Below are positions 20,570 through 30,014 of a stretch of 64,000 nucleotides of DNA, piece after piece. Source of the stretch: an uncultured virus (IMG/VR IMGVR_UViG_3300030430_003815). Its lineage: Duplodnaviria > Heunggongvirae > Uroviricota > Caudoviricetes. The notes beneath the pieces were generated by a model, which worked only from the letters and a program-made list of their open reading frames with translations, did no database searches and had not been told where the DNA came from. The position numbers and the translations under genes are program-made. The stretch is taken from the IMG/VR virus record IMGVR_UViG_3300030430_003815; one strand, 5' to 3'. Position 1 is the first letter of the stretch. Each line of letters begins with the position of its first letter.

Positions 20570-23500
20570 TGGCAGACATATTAAAATACAGAAAGTTAGA
20601 TGGAACAGAAGTAGAGGTCGCCAATAATTCTACTATAGCTTTAGATCATACTGAAGCTTCTATCGAATTTACTGTAAATTTAGATCAGTTTGATGTTGCA
20701 AAAGGAGAAATAAGAGGTTGGTTTGCTCTTGCTCCTACTTTATCAGTTCCACAAACTTCTGATGTTTATGGTATTACTATATCTCCAAATCAAGGACAGT
20801 CTGTCAGTGTTACTATACAAACAGTAGACGCTAAAAATCTAGATAATTTACAAAACAGAATATTTACAAGATTTGTTGATACCTTTACAGTTTCAGTAAC
20901 AAGAGCTTCAGCACCTGCTGACTCGACCACTGATTCAGTTCCTATTAATTTTTTAACATATCCAGACTCAGACGCAGCGATCGCAATTGTTAACGCAAGT
21001 TTTCAAATTACTGATAGTGCTATAGCATTTGGTATAGTTGATTCATCATATGTACGATCTAGGCAAAATTCAGATTTTGATTTTCTTACTAATCTTCCGA
21101 AATCTATTGATAGTGTTGGAATAACTCGATCACTGTTTGATTCTGATGTTAGAAATTCTATAAGTGTTACAGATGCAGGTGGTGATGGAAGTCTAACATA
21201 CAATAATTCTACAGGAATAATAACTTATACCGGACCTTCTGCAACAGAAGTTAGATCTCATTTTTCTGCGGGAGGTGACTTAACTTTTAATCAAGCAACT
21301 GGTCAGTTTAGTTTTGTCTTTGATTCAGATTTTAACAAAGATCTTGATAGCGCTGTTTTAGGAGGAGTTGGTTTAAGATTTGAAACTAATCCAAATAAAT
21401 TAAGTATTGATTCATCAGAGCTACAAAGTTATTTTAGACAAAGTATACGTACTTATTTTAGCGGTGGAACTGGAGTAACTTATACAGCTGGATCTGGAGT
21501 TATAGCGATTGGGCAACCGGTTGCTACTACAGACAGTGTAACTTTTGCAGGAATTACCGTTTCTGGAAATTTACAAGTTACTGGAACAACAACTACAGTC
21601 AACTCAACAACATTAGACGTTGCTGATAAAAATATTACAATTGCAAAAGGAGCCATAAATGCTGCAGCAGCTGATGGCGGTGGTATTACTGTTGATGGGG
21701 CAGGCGCAACTTTAACTTATTCAGCAACTGGAGACAAGTTTGTTTTTAATAAACCATTTCAAGGAAGTTTCTTAGGCTCTGATAGTGACTTTGCTGCTTC
21801 ATTTGCACAAGCGTCTACTGATAGTTTATCAGAAGGATCTACTAATTTATATTTTACTAATGAAAGAGTTGATGATCGTGTAGGCGCATTAATAACTGGC
21901 GGCGTAAATGTTACAGCGACTTATGATGATGCTGCAGGTACGTTAGAAATTAAAGTTCCATTTGAAAACATTGATGATAGAGTTGGAAATATATTAACTG
22001 CAGGTAGTGGTATAAACATAAACTATGATGATCCAAATGCTACTATCACGGTTACAAATATTGCTGATTCAGCTTATATAGCAAGTCTTCCTGTTAGTAC
22101 ATTTACGAATGATAAAAATTACTTAGATAGCACTACTGTTAAAGAAGTTGTTGATTCTGCGTATGTACAACTAATACAAGCTGATCTTCAAAGAGACTCT
22201 TCTTTTATTTCTTCAGTAGTTACTGGTGGCGCTTTAAATATGGGTGCCAATAATATTATAACTACTGGAAAAGTTCTTTTTGCCAATGTATATTCTCAAT
22301 TAAGTGATCTTCCTAATGCTTCTACATATCACGGAATGTTTGCGCACGTACACGCAACCGGCAAAGCTTATTTTGCTCATGCAGGTGCTTGGATTGAACT
22401 CGCAAATAATAGTCAATTATCTAATTCAAGCAATTGGAATACAGCTTTTAGTTGGGGAGATCATTCAGCTGCAGGTTATCAATTAGCGGCGACTGCTCTA
22501 GATTCAGCAAAAACATTACAACTTGTTGATTCAAGTGTTGTCTTATCTAAACTTCATCCAAATTCTTTTGGGAGAGATAGTGCAGTAAAATTATATTATA
22601 ATGATGTAAAGAAGTTTGAAACTACAGATTCTGGCGCAAAGATAACTGGTGATCTTACTCTTAAAACTTCAGGTGCTACTATCAGACTTGGAAGTTTAAT
22701 ACTACAAGATAGTGGTGGACAACTTAAGATAGCAGATTCGGCAGGTATAACAACCACTGTAATTCATACTGTACTTGACTCAGCTTTAATAACTCAACTT
22801 ATCGATGCTCCGTACATTCAAGCAAGACAGACATTATTAGATTCAGACTTAGCACTACAGTTGCTTCTTGATTCTTCAGAAATTGTAGATCTTATAGACT
22901 CAGCATATATTAATGCTAGAGTATCTTCAGTTGATTCAGCTTCGACTCTTGCTTTAATCGATTCTGCACACGTTCAGTCAAAGATACCACATGCCTATAT
23001 TCAAGCAAGACAACAAAAATATAATACCAGTGATTTTACAGATTCTGCATTTGTAACAGGATTACCAATCAGTACATTTACGAATGATAAGAATTATTTA
23101 GATAGTACTACTGTTCAAGGAGTTGTTGATTCAGCATACATTGCTTTAAGAACAACTACAGGAACTGATTCTGCCACAGTTATTGGATTGATTGATTCTG
23201 ATTATATCGCGTCAAGAACTATAGCAGTTGCACAACCACAATTTGTTAACTACAAATATAATGCTGATGGAAATCAAACTGAATTCGGTGGAGGAGTTGT
23301 AGATGTAAATGGTCAGACAGTATCATTATCACCTGGTAACTTTTCAGTGTTCTTAAATGGTATTAAACTGTTAGACTCTGATTTTACTGCAAATACATCA
23401 ACTAATGTTGTTACACTTAGTTCTGGTGCTACACTTAATGATGAATTAGTAATTCAAACTGTTATAGGACAAAACGCGATAGCTGGAGTTTCTGCAGTTG

Positions 23501-25554
23501 ATTCATCTTATGTTCAATTAAGAGTTCCCGAAACTTACTTATCAACAATAATAGACTCTGATTATGTCACAGCAAGAGCCGGTGTTGTTCTTGACTCTGC
23601 CTCAATTGCTTCAGGAGTTATATTAACCACTGTAGATGCAGCATACGTTCAAGCGAGACAACAAAAATATAATACAAGTGATTTTACTGATTCAGCTTTT
23701 GTTACAGGACTGCCAATAAGTACATTTACGAATGATGCAAATTATTTAGATAGTACAACAATAACAGGCGTTGTTAATAATGCTTACGTCAGGGCTAGAC
23801 AAGCTCTTATAGATTCAGATCTAACAAAACTATTAGTCGATTCTGCATATATTCAATTAAGAGATAGATTCCAAGATTCATCTTTAGTAACTTCTACTGT
23901 CGATTCATCATATGTTCAATTAAAAGTTCCTGCTAGCTACATACAAGCAAATCAAACAAACTTCTTAGATTCATCATTAACAAGTCAGTTAATAGACTCG
24001 GCATACATTGCACTAAGAACAACTGCTGGTACTGATTCAGCAACTGTTATAGGATTAATAGACTCTGATTATGTTGGTGCAAGAGTAACTGGTGTTGTTA
24101 CACCACAATTTACAGACTTTAGATATAAAGCAGATTCAGGTCAAACATTATTTTCTGGTGCTGATCTTGGAGGAACATCTTTAAATTTAAGAACAGATAA
24201 TTTTAATGTATTCTTAAATGGAATAAAATTAATTGACTCGGATTTCACTGCAAATATTTCTAATAATACTATAACATTAACTGAAGGTGCAGATAGCGGT
24301 GATGATCTTGTCATTACTACAGTCGAGGGAGATGTAATACCAAGTGATGCTACTGTTATTGATTCAGCGTATGTTCAAGCAAGACAAGAAGGAGTCAATG
24401 CAACATTTAAGGACTATAAGTTTGTTGCTACAGCAAATCAAACAGTGTTTTCTGGTAATGATGCAAATGGAGCAGCATTAAGTTTTGAAACAAATAAGTT
24501 TCATGTATTGCTCAATGGAATAAGATTAGACGCAAGTGACTTTACGGAAAGTGCAGATAATAATAAAATTACATTAGCAACGGGTGCTGCAGTATCGGAT
24601 GAACTAATAGTAAGTACTATAGGAACGGAAAAAACTACAACGCTTGCATCAATAACAAGTACTGTTGATTCAGCGTATGTTCAGGCAAGACAAGCAGATC
24701 TTCAAAGAGATTCTGCATTTATAACAGGTTTAGTCGATTCTGCTCTCATAGAACCTCTACTATCACCAATTCATATATCAGGTGATGTTGTGATGATTGG
24801 TAGAACTTCTTCGTCTTCTGCTACAGCTGGCGCGCAATTTTCTGCTGATGGCAGTAATATTGTAAGAGATGGCCAGTCTGCCTTAACTATAAAAAGACTG
24901 ACCTCTGATGGCGATATTGCTACATTTGCAAAAGACGGCAGTACTGTGGGAACCATTTTCAATGGTGGTGGTAATCTTGGAGTAAATAGTGCTGGTGGTT
25001 TGCTTCTTGTGAATGATATTATTACTCCAACAAGTGGTGATGATAATACACACGACCTTGGTAGGCCTTCAGCCAGATGGAAAGACCTCTACCTATCAAG
25101 TGGAATATACGTTGGTGGCACTGGGTCTTCAAACAAGTTAGATGACTATGAAGAAGGTAGTTTTACTCCGACTATTTCGTGGTACACACCAAGTAATGGC
25201 AGTGTAAGCTATCAAGCTAGAACAGCATATTATATTAAAGTTGGAAGAGCAGTAACTGTTCATCTCGAAATTCGAATAGATTTGATATCACAAAATTCTG
25301 CTAGTCTTCCTCTTCTTGTAGATGGATTTCCATTTCCTTTTCGCAATACTGGTGGTTATGGAGGCAGTTTGATGCAGGTATCACTACAAGGATTTACTTT
25401 TAGTTCTGGTCACATTCCATACGGCTGGGGAGAATATAATTCAACTAGAATGTTTTTGCTTACAATGTCTAGTGGAAACTTAAACTCTAATCTTCCAACT
25501 CCTGCTAACTATAAAACAATAAATGTTTCGGGAACATATATAACTCCAACATAA
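20569..25554 (+). CDS. Large tail-fibre-like protein (1661 aa), DS-rich
   Basis: Modules shared with ORFs 3..4607 and 10722..12893; C-terminal NKLDDYEEGSFTP...YIKVGRAV...GFPF fibre head. Confidence 0.8.
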   Translation: MADILKYRKLDGTEVEVANNSTIALDHTEASIEFTVNLDQFDVAKGEIRGWFALAPTLSVPQTSDVYGITISPNQGQSVSVTIQTVDAKNLDNLQNRIFTRFVDTFTVSVTRASAPADSTTDSVPINFLTYPDSDAAIAIVNASFQITDSAIAFGIVDSSYVRSRQNSDFDFLTNLPKSIDSVGITRSLFDSDVRNSISVTDAGGDGSLTYNNSTGIITYTGPSATEVRSHFSAGGDLTFNQATGQFSFVFDSDFNKDLDSAVLGGVGLRFETNPNKLSIDSSELQSYFRQSIRTYFSGGTGVTYTAGSGVIAIGQPVATTDSVTFAGITVSGNLQVTGTTTTVNSTTLDVADKNITIAKGAINAAAADGGGITVDGAGATLTYSATGDKFVFNKPFQGSFLGSDSDFAASFAQASTDSLSEGSTNLYFTNERVDDRVGALITGGVNVTATYDDAAGTLEIKVPFENIDDRVGNILTAGSGININYDDPNATITVTNIADSAYIASLPVSTFTNDKNYLDSTTVKEVVDSAYVQLIQADLQRDSSFISSVVTGGALNMGANNIITTGKVLFANVYSQLSDLPNASTYHGMFAHVHATGKAYFAHAGAWIELANNSQLSNSSNWNTAFSWGDHSAAGYQLAATALDSAKTLQLVDSSVVLSKLHPNSFGRDSAVKLYYNDVKKFETTDSGAKITGDLTLKTSGATIRLGSLILQDSGGQLKIADSAGITTTVIHTVLDSALITQLIDAPYIQARQTLLDSDLALQLLLDSSEIVDLIDSAYINARVSSVDSASTLALIDSAHVQSKIPHAYIQARQQKYNTSDFTDSAFVTGLPISTFTNDKNYLDSTTVQGVVDSAYIALRTTTGTDSATVIGLIDSDYIASRTIAVAQPQFVNYKYNADGNQTEFGGGVVDVNGQTVSLSPGNFSVFLNGIKLLDSDFTANTSTNVVTLSSGATLNDELVIQTVIGQNAIAGVSAVDSSYVQLRVPETYLSTIIDSDYVTARAGVVLDSASIASGVILTTVDAAYVQARQQKYNTSDFTDSAFVTGLPISTFTNDANYLDSTTITGVVNNAYVRARQALIDSDLTKLLVDSAYIQLRDRFQDSSLVTSTVDSSYVQLKVPASYIQANQTNFLDSSLTSQLIDSAYIALRTTAGTDSATVIGLIDSDYVGARVTGVVTPQFTDFRYKADSGQTLFSGADLGGTSLNLRTDNFNVFLNGIKLIDSDFTANISNNTITLTEGADSGDDLVITTVEGDVIPSDATVIDSAYVQARQEGVNATFKDYKFVATANQTVFSGNDANGAALSFETNKFHVLLNGIRLDASDFTESADNNKITLATGAAVSDELIVSTIGTEKTTTLASITSTVDSAYVQARQADLQRDSAFITGLVDSALIEPLLSPIHISGDVVMIGRTSSSSATAGAQFSADGSNIVRDGQSALTIKRLTSDGDIATFAKDGSTVGTIFNGGGNLGVNSAGGLLLVNDIITPTSGDDNTHDLGRPSARWKDLYLSSGIYVGGTGSSNKLDDYEEGSFTPTISWYTPSNGSVSYQARTAYYIKVGRAVTVHLEIRIDLISQNSASLPLLVDGFPFPFRNTGGYGGSLMQVSLQGFTFSSGHIPYGWGEYNSTRMFLLTMSSGNLNSNLPTPANYKTINVSGTYITPT

Positions 25555-25575
25555 GTGTATGAAAAGGAAATTAAA

Positions 25576-25833
25576 ATGGCACTAACAGAAACAACAGAAC
25601 AAGACAAAATAGAAATCGTCGGTGAGTTTAAATTAGTTCAGGTTAGAACTGCAACTGTTATAAAACGAGATGGTGTAGAAATTTCAAGAAGTTTTCATCG
25701 CCATGTTGTATCACCAGATAGCGATATTTCAGGCGAAAGCACAGAAGTACAAGCAATTTGTAATGTAGTACATACTGACGCAGTAAAGTCTGCATATGCT
25801 ACATTTAAAGCTGCACTTGAAGGAGGAGGATAG
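25576..25833 (+). CDS. Small fibre-associated (chaperone-like) protein
   Basis: DKIEIVG...VQVRTAT...DGVEISRSFHR motif commonly found after fibre genes in marine phages; AGGA SD. Confidence 0.65.
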   Translation: MALTETTEQDKIEIVGEFKLVQVRTATVIKRDGVEISRSFHRHVVSPDSDISGESTEVQAICNVVHTDAVKSAYATFKAALEGGG

Positions 25834-26462
25834 TGAGCAGGGCAAGAGATCTTTCAAATTTTTTAGTACAAGATAGTAGACTGTCGAATATAGATTCTGA
25901 TTATATTCAGTTAAGACAAGCAACGGCAGATCTATCAAATCTAAATGCTTCAAATCTTACATCTGGAACAATACCAAACGCAAGAATATCGAGTGGATCT
26001 GTTACTCAGCATGTTAGTGCTGTTACAACAGCAGACGGAACTTGGTCACCCACAATAAGTGCTGGTACTATGTCTGTTGACAGTGCTAGATATGTTAGAG
26101 TTGGAAATTATGTTCGTGTAACATGTTGGATTTCTCCAACGGGTTCTTCACCAGCTTACAATCAAACAATTTGGACTATGGGTGGATTACCTATTACACC
26201 AAAAAATACAGGAACTTCAGATGATGTTGTTGGGTGGGGGCATTTTACTGGGTCAGGAGGTAACGTACATGCTTGGGTTTTATCTGGTGTAAATACAATA
26301 TATGTTGGACAAGGTACTTATGCCGCTGATGCTTCTAATCCAGGAAACAATACAAATACAAATATGGGACCTACCTTCAAAGCTGTTCAGTATAACTTGT
26401 ATGCGTGGCATGAAAGCAGTCCCCAAAGACACTATCAGCTAAACATGAGTTACTTTGTATAG
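25833..26462 (+). CDS. Short fibre-like protein (MSRARD N-terminus)
   Basis: NLNASNLTSGTIPNAR repeat; GTWSP...YVRVGNYV...GLP head domain. Confidence 0.7.
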   Translation: MSRARDLSNFLVQDSRLSNIDSDYIQLRQATADLSNLNASNLTSGTIPNARISSGSVTQHVSAVTTADGTWSPTISAGTMSVDSARYVRVGNYVRVTCWISPTGSSPAYNQTIWTMGGLPITPKNTGTSDDVVGWGHFTGSGGNVHAWVLSGVNTIYVGQGTYAADASNPGNNTNTNMGPTFKAVQYNLYAWHESSPQRHYQLNMSYFV

Positions 26463-26477
26463 GAGAGAATTACCACT

Positions 26478-27641
26478 ATGAGTAGAACAAGAGATTTTGC
26501 AGATTTAATAAACGGAATATCAGCTGCTAAGATTACTAGTGGTACGTTTGCAGATGCCCGTTTATCAAGCTCATCAGTTACACAACATGTAGATTTATCG
26601 AGTATTGATTCTGATTACATTCAAGCGCGGCAGGCAGCACCTGATTTATCTAACCTTAATGCTTCTAACTTAACTTCTGGAACTATTCCTTCAGATCGAT
26701 TATCCTTAGGAACAAATGATATACCTAGTTTACCAACTTCTAAAATTACATCTGGTACGTTGGCTGTAGATAGAATACCTGATCTCGCGGCATCAAAAAT
26801 AACTAGTGGTACATTTGCCGATGCAAGATTAGCACAATCAAATGTTACACAGCACGTTGACTTATCTAATCTTAATGCAGACAACCTTACCTCTGGTACA
26901 ATTCCTAACGCAAGAATATCATTAGATGCTGCAGAAATTCCAAACTTACCAGCTTCTAAAATTACATCTGGTTCCTTTGCTGATGCTAGAATACCGAACT
27001 TGTCAACCTCTAAAATTACATCTGGTTCCTTTGCTGATGCTAGAATACCGAACTTAGCAGCTTCAAAGATCACATCGGGAACTTTTGCAGACGGAAGAAT
27101 AAGCTCTGGATCTGTCACTCAACATGTTTCTTCAACTACAAGCACTTCAGGTACTTGGACACCTGCTTTTTCTGCTGGGGCAATTCGAGCTGCATGGGGT
27201 TATTATTATAGAATCGGTAATCTCGTGCATTGTATTGGTGGAGCTGAACATGATGGCGGTCCAAATAGTGGAAGCCCATTAGGTGCGCCTGAAAATAATA
27301 ATGAATGGTACGTATATGGATTACCCTTTACATCAAATAACAATGGTAAAGCCGCTGGTGGTGGTATTTGTTATCCTAATTCCCGTTGGAAAGATTTTCC
27401 ACATCAAGCAGTTATAAGAAGTAATTCAACGCAAATTAAAATATTTAGTATTGGTGCTGACGGAGGAGATGCAAGAGGTTATGCTGGTCAAACAACGCAT
27501 ACCGCTGGTTCAACCTTTCCAGGTGCGCATAATGCGTATTTTACTAACAGAAACGCTCGCGTAAATTGGAATGAGTGGAGTAGATATCAAGGAAGTAACA
27601 GTCGTGGTTGGTGCTGGATTTCAGTACAATATTACATTTAG
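26478..27641 (+). CDS. Short fibre-like protein with SKITSGxFADARIPNL repeats
   Basis: MSRTRD N-terminus, 18-aa repeats, GTWTP...YYRIGNLV...GLPFT head. Confidence 0.72.
   Translation: MSRTRDFADLINGISAAKITSGTFADARLSSSSVTQHVDLSSIDSDYIQARQAAPDLSNLNASNLTSGTIPSDRLSLGTNDIPSLPTSKITSGTLAVDRIPDLAASKITSGTFADARLAQSNVTQHVDLSNLNADNLTSGTIPNARISLDAAEIPNLPASKITSGSFADARIPNLSTSKITSGSFADARIPNLAASKITSGTFADGRISSGSVTQHVSSTTSTSGTWTPAFSAGAIRAAWGYYYRIGNLVHCIGGAEHDGGPNSGSPLGAPENNNEWYVYGLPFTSNNNGKAAGGGICYPNSRWKDFPHQAVIRSNSTQIKIFSIGADGGDARGYAGQTTHTAGSTFPGAHNAYFTNRNARVNWNEWSRYQGSNSRGWCWISVQYYI
26955..27055 (+). repeat. Tandem 54-bp-period repeat with 47 identical bases
   Basis: tctaaaattacatctggttcctttgctgatgctagaataccgaactt at 26955 and 27009. 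Confidence 0.9.
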
Positions 27642-27650
27642 GAGAAAAAA

Positions 27651-27938
27651 ATGAGTTATACAACAACAAAACATCAGTATTCAATAGACGTAATAAGAAC
27701 AACTGATAATCATGCTTGTGGATTTATGGCAAAGAAGATGAATTTTGAGGGGGACGAAATTGATTCATCTGGAAATGTTACAAAAGCTGGAGCAGGTTGG
27801 ATAGATTCTGATTACAATTGGGATACTGAACTACAAAGAGTTTTTGGAGAGGTAAACACCGATCTTAAAACAGAAATAGAAAACCATTTTACTGATAGTT
27901 GTAAATCAGCTTATGTAACTTACATAAAGGGTGGATAA
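27651..27938 (+). CDS. Hypothetical small protein, possibly a fibre chaperone
   Basis: ORF with AGGAG SD; C-terminal TDSCKSAY resembles TDAVKSAY of the 25576 ORF. Confidence 0.6.
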   Translation: MSYTTTKHQYSIDVIRTTDNHACGFMAKKMNFEGDEIDSSGNVTKAGAGWIDSDYNWDTELQRVFGEVNTDLKTEIENHFTDSCKSAYVTYIKGG

Positions 27939-28606
27939 TGACAAGAGCTCGAGAAATAGCAAAGTTTGTTAACGCAACAGCTAGATTAACAAACGTTCCT
28001 ACACCAGATCTAACTAATCTTAACGCAAGTAACCTTACTTCTGGAACTATTCCTAATGCAAGAGTTTCTTCGGGCTCTGTCACTCAACACGTTGACTTAT
28101 CTAATCTTAATGCAAGTAATCTAACTTCTGGTACAATCCCAAACGCACGATATGGAACTCCGACTTTTAATGGTAGTAACTTAACGAATATGTCTGTTTC
28201 GTCTACTACTGGTTCTTTTACTCTTGGACACAGCCATGTTTCTTTGAGTGTTAATTCTGCTCGATATATTAAAGTCGGTAGAATTTGTACAGTTCATGCT
28301 TATGGACGAAATACAAGTACAGATGCTGGTAGTACTAGAACATACTTTACTGGTTTACCTTTTACTTCATGGAACTCTGGTAATGTTGTAGGTGGAGGTA
28401 ACATGTCTTATCATCATAGACATGGTAATGCTTCTGGAGGTTGGAATATAGTTATATTTAATAACTCAACTCGAATGTATGTTCGACACGACAATGCAGA
28501 TGACACTACAAGTACTTCTGGCTCACAGGAAATGCAAATGGAAGAGGATTGGGTTAACAACAATAAATATTTTGTTTTTACAGCCACTTATATTACAGCG
28601 AGTTAG
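27938..28606 (+). CDS. Short fibre-like protein (MTRARE N-terminus)
   Basis: Two NLNASNLTSGTIPNAR repeats; YIKVGRIC...GLPFT head. Confidence 0.7.
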   Translation: MTRAREIAKFVNATARLTNVPTPDLTNLNASNLTSGTIPNARVSSGSVTQHVDLSNLNASNLTSGTIPNARYGTPTFNGSNLTNMSVSSTTGSFTLGHSHVSLSVNSARYIKVGRICTVHAYGRNTSTDAGSTRTYFTGLPFTSWNSGNVVGGGNMSYHHRHGNASGGWNIVIFNNSTRMYVRHDNADDTTSTSGSQEMQMEEDWVNNNKYFVFTATYITAS

Positions 28607-28608
28607 CA

Positions 28609-28746
28609 ATGGGACTACAAAAAATGACGATGAAAAATGCTATAAAAAGGGATAAGGATAAGAATCCTGATGTATACAAAACGTATAAATCAAACAAAAA
28701 GAATAATAAAAAAGTTCAAGTTAGAAAGTCAAACTTGTATAAATAA
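28609..28746 (+). CDS. Possible 45-aa Lys-rich peptide
   Basis: Manual translation MGLQKMTMKNAIKRDKDKNPDVYKTYKSNKKNNKKVQVRKSNLYK; fills the intergenic gap. Confidence 0.3.
   Translation: MGLQKMTMKNAIKRDKDKNPDVYKTYKSNKKNNKKVQVRKSNLYK
28738..28745 (+). promoter_or_regulatory. Late promoter TATAAATA
   Basis: Exact motif upstream of the head-assembly genes. Confidence 0.8.
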
Positions 28747-28767
28747 TCTAAAATATGGAGAATCGAT

Positions 28768-29154
28768 ATGGAAAATGAAATAATTGAAAATAGTGACGAA
28801 ATAGATACAGAAGATACAGAAATGCAAGACGAAGATCAGGTTGTTGATGAAGTTGAAGATACTGAAATGGAAGCTGATGAAACAGAATCAGATGCTGAAG
28901 TTGAAGTAGATCCTATTTCTGAGCTTATAGGTTCTATTGAAGCAAAAGATTACGTTGCTGCTAGTAATACATTTAATGATATACTAGGACAAAGACTACA
29001 AGATGCGTTAGAAACCGAAAAGGTTGCTATCGCTGATACTTTATATAACGATACACCGCCAAATACTACAGATGAAATTTCAGACGAAGACATAGAAGAT
29101 ACTGAAGAAGATAATACAGCACAATACGAAGAAGAATCTGTAGCCGCAGCATGA
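28768..29154 (+). CDS. Acidic prohead core protein (gp67-like)
   Basis: Very acidic, with helical AASNTFNDILGQRLQDALETEKVAIA; T4-like position before gp21. Confidence 0.6.
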   Translation: MENEIIENSDEIDTEDTEMQDEDQVVDEVEDTEMEADETESDAEVEVDPISELIGSIEAKDYVAASNTFNDILGQRLQDALETEKVAIADTLYNDTPPNTTDEISDEDIEDTEEDNTAQYEEESVAAA

Positions 29155-29345
29155 AATTCACAGATTTAAGAAACTCTTTGATTGAGAATAAAAAACTCAA
29201 GTTGAAGGGAACTACGATCGAAATAAAGAAAGTAGGTCGAATGTATCGTGCTATGGTGGACGGTGACAAGTTAGATGATTATGCGACTGAAATGCAGGCC
29301 ATGAAAATGGCTAAAGAGTTTATAAAACAGTATAAAGGAAAGTAG
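29151..29345 (+). CDS. Small protein in the gp68 position (prohead core-like)
   Basis: Synteny between the gp67-like gene and gp21. Confidence 0.45.
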   Translation: MKFTDLRNSLIENKKLKLKGTTIEIKKVGRMYRAMVDGDKLDDYATEMQAMKMAKEFIKQYKGK

Positions 29346-30002
29346 ATGAAGCTAATTACCGAATACACACAAAATGACATCCAGTGCATGGTCACCGAAG
29401 AAAAAGGCGGAAAGAAGAATTACGTCATTGAAGGTGTATTCGCACAGGCTGAAAAAGAAAATAGAAACAAAAGGTTCTATCCTAAAAGTGTACTAGAACC
29501 TGCTGTTGAAAAGTTTGTTAAAGAACAAGTAACTACAAATAGAGCTGTTGGAGAATTAAATCATCCAGAAGGTCCAACAGTTAATCTGGATAAGGTTTCA
29601 CATCGCATCACCGAAATGAATTGGGACGGTGATAATGTGATGGGAAAAGCGCTTGTATTAGATACCCCAATGGGAAACATTGTTAAAGGTCTCCTAGAAG
29701 GTGGTTGTCAATTAGGCGTTTCAACTCGTGGTATGGGAGAACTTGAGGATAAGAATGGGACAGCCCATGTGAAAAAAGGTTTTCATATGGCAACTGTCGA
29801 CGTTGTACAGGATCCATCTGCACCAGACGCTTTTGTTAATGGGATAATGGAAGGTGTCGAATGGGTATGGAACAACGGTGTTATAGAACCTCAGGTTATT
29901 GAAAAAATTGAGACTGAAATTAAAAAAGCTCCACGTGCGAACTTACAGTACGTACAGGAAGTTGAGTGGCAGAATTTCCTCTCGTTGTTAAAATCTAAAT
30001 AA
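29346..30002 (+). CDS. gp21: Prohead protease gp21
   Basis: MKLITE, NRNKRFYP, GELNHP, LGVSTRGMG, DVVQDPSAPDAFV. Confidence 0.96.
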   Translation: MKLITEYTQNDIQCMVTEEKGGKKNYVIEGVFAQAEKENRNKRFYPKSVLEPAVEKFVKEQVTTNRAVGELNHPEGPTVNLDKVSHRITEMNWDGDNVMGKALVLDTPMGNIVKGLLEGGCQLGVSTRGMGELEDKNGTAHVKKGFHMATVDVVQDPSAPDAFVNGIMEGVEWVWNNGVIEPQVIEKIETEIKKAPRANLQYVQEVEWQNFLSLLKSK

Positions 30003-30014
30003 GGGAGACAACAT

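Noticed and set aside
26700..27120. CRISPR-like regularly spaced repeats
   Set aside because: These are in-frame coding repeats with degenerate third positions and no unique spacers
25833..28606. Diversity-generating retroelement or invertible cassette behind the paralogous fibre heads
   Set aside because: No reverse transcriptase or recombinase in the window, no template/variable repeat pair differing only at adenines, and no flanking inverted repeats seen
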